The notes beneath the pieces were generated by a model. It was given only the letters and a program-made list of their open reading frames with translations, had not been told where the DNA came from and ran no database searches. Position numbers and translations under genes: made by a program. 64,000 nucleotides of DNA from a virus, in IMG/VR virus record IMGVR_UViG_3300035204_001027, positions 1 through 64,000 of that record; one strand, written 5' to 3'. Shown one piece after another: positions 58,501 to 64,000 of this stretch; the stretch's first letter is position 1, and each line of letters opens with the position of its first letter.

Positions 58501-59131
58501 ATCCTTACAAAATAAAGTAAGAATAGTCACTCAAGTAACTGGTTTGGGCTATTTGAGCTCTGATCCTACCACTGGTGATTATCCATTAGTTAAATTGGCC
58601 CCAGTCGTTTCTCCAGAAACAAATGTAAATTATGGTCCATCTATTACAGTTTCTAATTGGGATCAAGACTCGATAGATAATTTAGTAGTTAGATATACTA
58701 CCGACGGAACTGACCCTAAAGCTGGGAATAGCTACAGTTATATATCTCTACCTCCCAATAGTGGAGATTTCTTACATACAATACCTGCTGCCAACTTTAA
58801 TAATAGCACTACTTTGAAGGTTTACGCTTTCTCAGACGTCTATTTAGACTCAGATATAGTATCATATCAGAGACAGCAACTTGCTGCTCCGACTGCAAAT
58901 ATTACAGCAACTGGTACAAATGTGCTTTATATAACAATGAATGGATCAGCGCCTTCTCCAGAAACAAGAGATGTAAATATTTATTATACATTAGATGGAT
59001 CTGCGCCGACGTCTAGCTCATATTTATACACAAACCCAATCACTTTACAAGGCAACTCTGCAACCGTCAAAGCTTTCTCTTCCTTGGTTGGATATATAGA
59101 TAGCAGTGTAACTACCGAAACACATCCGTAA
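52535..59131 (+). CDS. 2198-aa virion surface/adhesin protein: RCC1-like repeats, Fn3-associated domains, GxGYT repeats
   Basis: AGxxHSLAL...V.AWG.N..GQ repeats; YT(L/I/T)DG(S/T).P x4; GSGYTS.PTV repeats. Confidence 0.85.
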   Translation: MSRNTNTGRSGKTRVTGPVNNETKKSDVTTGRSISNTHKRTGPTDKEINKFNKVLVPTVSPGEGKVTKNFNLTLTNPQSSVTYKYTIDGSSPTGAGAQTIVNNQISLALTGSPGYLNVKIYGYRNDYSPSEITDLEYNIKPTQDVVVVPQAGSIPDNQLVKLNVESEATGYYTLDGSTPSGDANTTSTKYTGPFVMNFTNSSSVVLKTIAEKHDHASSSITTGTFTLDSAVTYGGPYDGVRDLNGKLVTYSPTGDRIPFPSKIFMSTTEGLPIERKVSFWGTDYYVENNRPSTVNNYTSLKAGQNHAIALTKSGTVVAWGDNSLNQTTLSDANLTTSGKITYIDAGDSHNLSLTSDNDVIAWGSNAQGQITIPTSLKAIRIAAGGEHSIALKADRTLVGWGENSDGQINFPLNLNDVIEISAGQNHSAALVGYGSKTCQSLDYDSESDTWIVSNKSKSIGKAVAWGINDMNQKDVPNNLANGAPDLIAISCGGNHTLTLDANGNVSGWGDNGHGQITIPTLNEIDGTKAHIVSIDAGFSHSLALSKNGTIFAWGSNQHNQTNITNLLSKSALIAGGDNYSLAFGLEPSEYIYYNVGNLDPSILYTGSIDVSADTTFKAISINKTSQAASNIAQKSYAQQKLNAIQSAGAISSRGTSQPLETSVLNPATFHSKRLFAVKLDSEDVDKKPSVTYKLTHPGHHTAYATEDLTNDDATEKRFSSTLITGDVNKPYDGDKTIDNYAAFYPGGYVGYKFDEAKRITQLNFATNADDFHKLGAGLIQGSNDNVTWHDIDFFSNKFPDNYPAFLSLDGQALDRIATLEMTSKGTGYTEDPIIRFVNDTDEEGQDAKAKALFSPFSLAGFSMINNGSGYTSVPTVNIASVHGGAGAAGTAVLSSTSVVHGISLDCGSCSKGNGYTTAPTVTVQGGHTDANTPTTNPERVASGIAHLTPTKLTGIEIIENKVPYRTSPTVNFAGGGGINAAAVAHLSSFVVGQINPSGILIGNADEKPPFGYHVYDGVIVPGIGAPTIGNFGGGYYGNSDDDPTGLYKLDHFDLTNLGTGYTSAPSVSLDGGLLTKTGQPYAIEFEVVRRGPVSGAPETEVADWEITNKDYLSGYFVNPKHAGADGTQQVTSGHHYWDSNFATEMAAAWNNLSNVSQAGSPVLGPLRYFFNHYNDHEFDRYHTIDTRPYHLKFHKDSARTQKIMVTGGGGAGMSGYVELRNHNELLGFDDSDTLLDKLIALNTHSDYRNSRLDYDALDNNNISYEELLWSTPTSKGGVLPDEDATLIPYKLHITEAGQGYTGAPIITEEFDRSFPGMMFMLESGGLKLHEDRPSPLPLTGGHNENGLYTNGQPEGYTLLWGSGECNGNDAALATGPFGTCSESLTGQYDTVYSNNSYLTGHYLKNKYLSTNNKFYRYWPQYFDSNCYDTHFPLQFEVYAPTITGTAGVHTNDMNNANSAARLNFENKLADNIKFAAIMPEHSEVDSFLASGSLDRVEITNMGSHYSSTPTIVFAGGTTATAATGEALTSKTVDSVSMTNAGSAYRAFPDITLVGGGGADAAVVGTKSASEITGMLLVSGGKNFTNSPTIDVSGGGAGVTSKATAKCRLPVALSSANFTNNNFYDHYRILGQGDNALITSQINELEFYSGDNRVSKYSNRKDHALAIKSNGELMSWGDNSNSQLMSSGVTNALEVSAGDKHSLVLKNNGTVIAFGNNDYGQCNIPSDLNNVITVSAGENHSLGLLAGGIVRAWGRNHSGQANVPSSLSSYQSGNNGAISIKAGNNHSLALRGDGSVLAWGATEASTVPADLTRVREIAAGNRFSLALRENGDVISWGNGYGADVPTGLKDVVSIAANNDHVIALQVDGAVTGWGKVYDGSNYVNLSDTIPHNLNSGIGVFAGKDHGAILKSDGSLLVFGSICASGTEQYYDGVVPSSFGNSHCCGTTGFVTFDLGSLHSGKLDTNENLSYRSINVGTKTSADAAFPPDNASLQNKVRIVTQVTGLGYLSSDPTTGDYPLVKLAPVVSPETNVNYGPSITVSNWDQDSIDNLVVRYTTDGTDPKAGNSYSYISLPPNSGDFLHTIPAANFNNSTTLKVYAFSDVYLDSDIVSYQRQQLAAPTANITATGTNVLYITMNGSAPSPETRDVNIYYTLDGSAPTSSSYLYTNPITLQGNSATVKAFSSLVGYIDSSVTTETHP

Positions 59132-59150
59132 TAATGGAGGATAAATAAAG

Positions 59151-61292
59151 ATGCCAGAAGAAAAACCAAAACAAAAAAGAGCGCCAAGACCCAAACAGAT
59201 AACCCCTTTGATGGCTGAAGGTGCCGCGTCTGGAACTACAGAATCCACGCGCGTAAGAAGAAATATAACTTCACAAATCGAGAGTGTAAATCGATTTGCT
59301 AATATTAATGATGGATTAATTCCTTTCAAGAATTCTTCCTCAATGTCTAGTTCTAGTAGCGTTTCTGTAAGAGATGCTGTTGTTTTGTGTCAAAAAGCTT
59401 ATTATAATTTTTCAACATTTAGAAACATTATAGATTTAATGACGGAGTTTTCTACTGGAGAATTGCATTTTAAAGGCGGAACTAAAAAAACTAGACAATT
59501 TTTTGAAGCATTTTTTAAGAAGATAGGTTTGAGACAATTTCAAGATAAGTGGTTTAGAGAATATTATAGAAGCGGCAATGTGTTTATATACAGGTTCGAA
59601 TCAAAACTCAGAAAACAAGACGTAAGAAAAATTACGCAAGTATTTGGTGGCGGATCTGATCCAGATACAGGTTATACAGATCTAGTCTTAACAAACCCGC
59701 CTAGATCTTCTAAGAAGCTTTCTGGTCCACCGGGGGTTAAGAATTTAGTTGTTCCAGCTAGGTATCTTGTTCTAAATCCAGCAGACATACAGATGGAAGG
59801 CTCTGCGTCTTTCGCAAAAGGGAAATACTCGAAAGCCATGACGGATTATGAGCTAGAGAGGCTAAGAAAACCTTATACTGAAGAAGATGAAGAAATTTTA
59901 AGAAATCTGGATTCAGACACTAAACAAAAGATAAAAGATGCTAGAGTTAGTTCTTTACTACTTCCTTTAGATCCAGAAAAAATGATAGTAGTTTTTTACA
60001 AAAAGCAAGATTATGAGCCATTTGCTGTTCCCATGGGATTTCCGGTGTTAGATGATATTAATTTAAAAGCCGAAATGAAAAAGATGGACGCAGCTATCTT
60101 AAGAACCATGCAGCAAGCTATTCTTTTAGTAACTATGGGTGCAGAGCCAGATAAAGGAGGTATTAACCAAAAGAATTTATTAGCAATGCAAAAGCTATTT
60201 GAAAATGAATCCGTTGGAAGAGTTTTAATTTCTGATTATACAACTAAAGCAGAATTCGTAGTTCCGAAAATTGCTGATCTACTTGATCCTAGAAAATATG
60301 AAGTTGTTGAAAGGGACATTAATGTAGGACTAAATAATATATTATTTTCTGGAGAAACTTTTTCTAATCAATCAGGCAAAGTAGATGTGTTTATCGCGAG
60401 GCTAAATCATGGAAGACAATCCTTCATTGAGGAGTTTCTCTTGCCAGAAATTAAAAGAATCGCTAAAGCCCTAGGGTTCAGAAGTTATCCAACTCCTCAT
60501 TTTAATAAAGTTCTATTAAAAGAAGCTTCTCAAATGGGCAGATTATGGAATCAGTTAGCTCAGTATGGATTGTTAACTCCCGAAGAAGTTGTTCAAGCGC
60601 ACGAAACAGGAAGATTACCATCTCCAGAGGAATCAGAAGAATCTCAGAAAAAGTATAAAAGTGCGAAAGATGCTGGTCTTTATGAGCCAGTCACGGGTGG
60701 ACCTCATACCCAGCTAGAAATGGCAGATCGCCAGATAGAGGGACAAATAGAGGTTACAGATAAAACTGGTGAAAACCAATTAAAACTAGCAGACAAAACA
60801 GCCAAGACGCAAGAAAAGATAGCGGACAAAAAGCAAGATCAACCCGGTAATGGCGCTCCTCCCCCTCCCGGCATAAGGGAGCCAGTGGGTAGACCTCCGG
60901 GCACAAGCACTCCTCAATCTACCAAGAATGTATCACCAAGGGGACAAGGAGAGCAATCAAAGATGGCTGCAAAATATTTTAGCATCGACAAGATAAAAGA
61001 TAATTTGATTTTAGCTGGCAAATTATACAAAGAAATAGAGAAGATTTTACGAAAAAAACATAGCATTAAACGACTTAATAAGCTGCAAAAAGAATCTGCA
61101 GAAGCACTAACCGAGTTAATTGTTTCTAATGAATCCTCTGAAGCTTGGCTGGAAAAAGCAGAACTTTATTGTGATAAGCCGAATATTAGTGTAAACAAAG
61201 ATGTATTTAATGAAGTGTTAGAGATTTCAGGAGAGCACCAAGTAGATAATTACTTGGCCAGCATTTTGAGAGCTAGTAGGACCAAAGGATAA
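59151..61292 (+). CDS. probable portal protein
   Basis: FRNIIDLMTEF, REYYRSGNVFIY, low-complexity C-terminus with GRP; position near terminase and head genes. Confidence 0.65.
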   Translation: MPEEKPKQKRAPRPKQITPLMAEGAASGTTESTRVRRNITSQIESVNRFANINDGLIPFKNSSSMSSSSSVSVRDAVVLCQKAYYNFSTFRNIIDLMTEFSTGELHFKGGTKKTRQFFEAFFKKIGLRQFQDKWFREYYRSGNVFIYRFESKLRKQDVRKITQVFGGGSDPDTGYTDLVLTNPPRSSKKLSGPPGVKNLVVPARYLVLNPADIQMEGSASFAKGKYSKAMTDYELERLRKPYTEEDEEILRNLDSDTKQKIKDARVSSLLLPLDPEKMIVVFYKKQDYEPFAVPMGFPVLDDINLKAEMKKMDAAILRTMQQAILLVTMGAEPDKGGINQKNLLAMQKLFENESVGRVLISDYTTKAEFVVPKIADLLDPRKYEVVERDINVGLNNILFSGETFSNQSGKVDVFIARLNHGRQSFIEEFLLPEIKRIAKALGFRSYPTPHFNKVLLKEASQMGRLWNQLAQYGLLTPEEVVQAHETGRLPSPEESEESQKKYKSAKDAGLYEPVTGGPHTQLEMADRQIEGQIEVTDKTGENQLKLADKTAKTQEKIADKKQDQPGNGAPPPPGIREPVGRPPGTSTPQSTKNVSPRGQGEQSKMAAKYFSIDKIKDNLILAGKLYKEIEKILRKKHSIKRLNKLQKESAEALTELIVSNESSEAWLEKAELYCDKPNISVNKDVFNEVLEISGEHQVDNYLASILRASRTKG

Positions 61293-61296
61293 TAAT

Positions 61297-62454
61297 ATGG
61301 AAGAAAATCAAAATTCAGAAGATAAAGTAAAAGCCATGTACGGCGAGACCTCTGCTGTAGATGTTTCGTTACCAGATATGCTTGTTCCTCCTCCGCCAGA
61401 GAAAGAAGAGAAAAAAGAAATTAAAGATGAGGTAGATGTTTCATTTAATTTTGCATTCATTGGTGCTGGACAAGGAGGATCTAGAATAGCAGAGACTTTT
61501 CACAAATTAGGCTATAGAAGAGTTGCGGCTTTGAATACTGCAGAGCAAGATTTAAATACAGTAAATTTAGAAAATAAGCTTTTAATAGGAGATGGCGGAG
61601 CAGGGAAAGATAGATCTATCGCCAACAAAGCGTTCTCCAAGAGAAAAGAAGATGTGTTAGATTTTATGAGGTACTCCTTTGGCGAAGAATTAGATAGAAT
61701 CTTCGTTTGCGCTGGCGCGGGAGGCGGAACTGGTGCAGGGGTTGTTTCTTCATTAGCTCGTTCTGCTCAAGAATTGCAAGAAACATTAAATTGTAAATCG
61801 AAGCAGGTAGGTGTTATTTTGGCCTTGCCCAAGGTTTCCGAGGGAAAAAGAGCAGCAGCTAACGCTTACCAAACATTAAATGAAGCTTATGACCTAATAG
61901 AAGAAGGAGTAGTTTCTCCGTTGATTCTTCTAGATAACGAAAAAATTAGTAGATTGTATCCTAATTTGGTTGTGTCTAATTTTTGGCAAACTGCTAATAT
62001 GAGCATGGCTGGTTTATTCCATTTATTTAATTTAACCACTGCTAGAGATAGTAGTTATACTTCTTTTGATTCTAATGATTATAAAACTATTTTAGACTCT
62101 GGGCTAATGAGTTTCGGAGCATCTCCCGTAGAAAGCTGGGAAGATCCAGTTAGTATATCTCGCGCTGTGAGAGAAAATTTACAAAACAATTTACTTTCGG
62201 GTGGCATAGATCTTAGTACGGGAAAATCCGCCGCTGCTATTGTTATAGGGGGCAAAGAGCAACTCGATAATATTCCGCAGTCAAGTATCGATCAGGCATT
62301 CGGTCAATTAAATAGAATGCTTAGTGATAATAGCGTGGTACATGGTGGTATTTACGTGGGTGATAAGCCCACGCTAACAGTATTTACTTCAGTGGGTGGT
62401 CTTGATAGGCCACAAGAAAAACTGAGTGAACTTAAAAGACTAGGTGGTCTTTAA
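61297..62454 (+). CDS. tubulin/FtsZ-family GTPase (PhuZ/TubZ-like)
   Basis: GAGQGGSRIA, ALNTA..D, GAGGGTGAG signature, LDNE, FDSNDY T7-like loop. Confidence 0.9.
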   Translation: MEENQNSEDKVKAMYGETSAVDVSLPDMLVPPPPEKEEKKEIKDEVDVSFNFAFIGAGQGGSRIAETFHKLGYRRVAALNTAEQDLNTVNLENKLLIGDGGAGKDRSIANKAFSKRKEDVLDFMRYSFGEELDRIFVCAGAGGGTGAGVVSSLARSAQELQETLNCKSKQVGVILALPKVSEGKRAAANAYQTLNEAYDLIEEGVVSPLILLDNEKISRLYPNLVVSNFWQTANMSMAGLFHLFNLTTARDSSYTSFDSNDYKTILDSGLMSFGASPVESWEDPVSISRAVRENLQNNLLSGGIDLSTGKSAAAIVIGGKEQLDNIPQSSIDQAFGQLNRMLSDNSVVHGGIYVGDKPTLTVFTSVGGLDRPQEKLSELKRLGGL

Positions 62455-62467
62455 GAAAGATAGAGAT

Positions 62468-62532
62468 AAAAAGGACAAAGTAAGGCACTTTAGATTTATG
62501 AAAATCTAGAGAATGTCTTTTTTGTGTCTTTT
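62468..62532 (+). terminator. long imperfect inverted repeat / terminator
   Basis: AAAAGGACA..AAGGCA..TAGATTT-ATGA-AAATCTA..TGTCTT..TGTCTTTT. Confidence 0.5.
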
Positions 62533-62594
62533 ATTTGTGTTTTTAACAAAATATACAAAATATACATAATATTAGTGTAACTATTAATTAGAAA

Positions 62595-63131
62595 ATGGAA
62601 ATAGACTTTACATCAAAAATTAGGGCCGCTGACGAATGTAGTTGCGGAGTATGCGACGAAGAAGATTGCCAGTGTCCTTGCCATTGTGAAAAAAACGAAC
62701 TCCCCTCTCAAGAAGAGTTGATTGCTTTTTCCATTGATATCGTAAAGATATTTGAAAACAAGGTAAAAGCTCATAACGAAGCTTTTCCAAAGAATCAGGT
62801 ATCTGTGGATGATCTAAAGAAGATGTTTATGCAAGGAGCGTCTTCTGAAAATCGTGGCGGTTTTTCCCTCGTTGAACTTGGTTTGGCGGGGGTTAATGCT
62901 TTTCTGAATTTGAAAGCTGGAAACTGCGGTTCTTACGAAGCCAAGTTTTCTTTAACTCTACCAAAGGAATCTTTAAACGTCTCTGCTCATCTATCGCCAA
63001 ACGAAGAAGATTTCAATAAAGCAAAAGAAGATATAACAAAATATAACTTAGATATTTCAAAAGCTAAGAGTTCAGAAGATTTTTATATTGAAACTCAAGA
63101 TCAAGTTAGAAGAAGGTGGATAGAATACTAA
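62595..63131 (+). CDS. hypothetical protein with N-terminal Cys cluster
   Basis: CSCGVC..DCQCPCHC; GTGTAA motif upstream. Confidence 0.7.
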   Translation: MEIDFTSKIRAADECSCGVCDEEDCQCPCHCEKNELPSQEELIAFSIDIVKIFENKVKAHNEAFPKNQVSVDDLKKMFMQGASSENRGGFSLVELGLAGVNAFLNLKAGNCGSYEAKFSLTLPKESLNVSAHLSPNEEDFNKAKEDITKYNLDISKAKSSEDFYIETQDQVRRRWIEY

Positions 63132-63132
63132 A

Positions 63133-64000
63133 ATGAAACACAAGTATACTACGATTTTCAGTTCTACAATCAAGCCATTGGTTTCGGAAGAGAAAGATAA
63201 ATATTTAGCCATGGCTAGTTTATTAGATGTAGGAAGTTTTCTGCCTGAGATTGATACCGAGACAAATATAGATCTTTTACCGGTCGCTTTTAACGCTTGC
63301 GTAATAAATCGTGTTAACAAAAATGGAGATGTTATTGACACGGAAACAGCGGCGCGGATATGTGAGTCTTTTATAAATAAACCCATTAATATAGAACATA
63401 ATAGACAAAGAGTAATGGGAACGATTTTAACTGCTGGATTCAGCGAGTTCGGTACAGATCAAGTTTTATCTGCCGAACAAATAAGGGAATTAAAAGGGCC
63501 ATTCAATATTACGCTGGGAGGCGTGCTTTGGAAGGTCGTAAATAATGAACTAACTGATATTGTTGAAGAATCAGCAGATCCAACTAGCGACAAATACTTA
63601 AGCGTATCTGCTAGTTGGGAATTAGGATTTACTGACTATAACCTTGTGGCTATAGAAGGTGACAATAAAAACCTAGAAGGTGCGGACATTATCAATGATA
63701 AAGACCGTGTTGAATCTCTCAAAGATAACTTGAAGTGCTTTGGGGGAGACGGCAAACTTGAGGATGACCGGTATGTCTATCGTCAAGTTATAAATGAAGT
63801 TGTTCCTTTGGGTATTGGACTAACTAATAATCCTGCAGCGGAAGTTGAAGGTGTAGCAGTTAAGAAAAAATCTGAAGAAAACAACGACAAACAAACAGAT
63901 GAGAATGAATCAGACGATTCAACTAAAACCAAAACCAATAAAAAACCAGACAAAAAACGGTGGGAAAATAAAAGTTCCCAATATAATAAACAACAAATGA
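63133..64000 (+). CDS. probable prohead protease/scaffold, truncated by window end
   Basis: open to end; NKNGD, KPINIEH, SASWELGF, GIGLTNNPAA; downstream of portal. Confidence 0.6.
   Translation, partial: MKHKYTTIFSSTIKPLVSEEKDKYLAMASLLDVGSFLPEIDTETNIDLLPVAFNACVINRVNKNGDVIDTETAARICESFINKPINIEHNRQRVMGTILTAGFSEFGTDQVLSAEQIRELKGPFNITLGGVLWKVVNNELTDIVEESADPTSDKYLSVSASWELGFTDYNLVAIEGDNKNLEGADIINDKDRVESLKDNLKCFGGDGKLEDDRYVYRQVINEVVPLGIGLTNNPAAEVEGVAVKKKSEENNDKQTDENESDDSTKTKTNKKPDKKRWENKSSQYNKQQM

Noticed and set aside
1-64000. Stop-codon reassignment or prophage context
   Set aside because: Long known genes are intact under the standard code and end in TAA, TAG or TGA; no integrase, att site or host housekeeping block is visible.

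Overview
A 64 kb segment of a large lytic tailed-phage genome. It is AT-rich, almost entirely + strand and uses the standard genetic code. A PVC-group (Verrucomicrobia-like) host is a weak inference. Five zones: (1) 1-15 kb, auxiliary metabolic and glycan genes (VOC protein, aldehyde dehydrogenase, saccharopine/lysine dehydrogenase, GT29/GT8/GT2-like transferases, split HldE halves, ECF sigma, 2OG-Fe(II) oxygenase); (2) 14.7-16.1 kb, a small minus-strand membrane/lysis island; (3) 16-31 kb, DNA ligase, many small ORFs, a cell-wall hydrolase, rIIA/rIIB and a RuvB-like ATPase behind sigma70-type promoters with 18-bp spacers; (4) 31-40 kb, an array of short cassettes; (5) 40-64 kb, late region (PhoH, ClpP, second sigma factor, ERCC4 nuclease, terminase, collagen-like fibres, 2198-aa RCC1 protein, probable portal, tubulin/FtsZ-family GTPase, probable prohead protease), where a GTGTAA motif precedes several operons. 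Zone 4 is the best candidate for an undescribed system. Most cassettes there consist of a GC palindrome (core GGCCCGGGCC, 13 copies, 9 helically phased to the -35 box), an A-tract, a strong promoter (17-bp spacer in most) and a near-leaderless small gene. Cargo missed by the ORF track includes an ArfA-like peptide, four 19-aa membrane micropeptides, tRNA-Cys and a boxA-led tRNA/tmRNA-like RNA. All calls come from motif recognition by eye; no searches were run.
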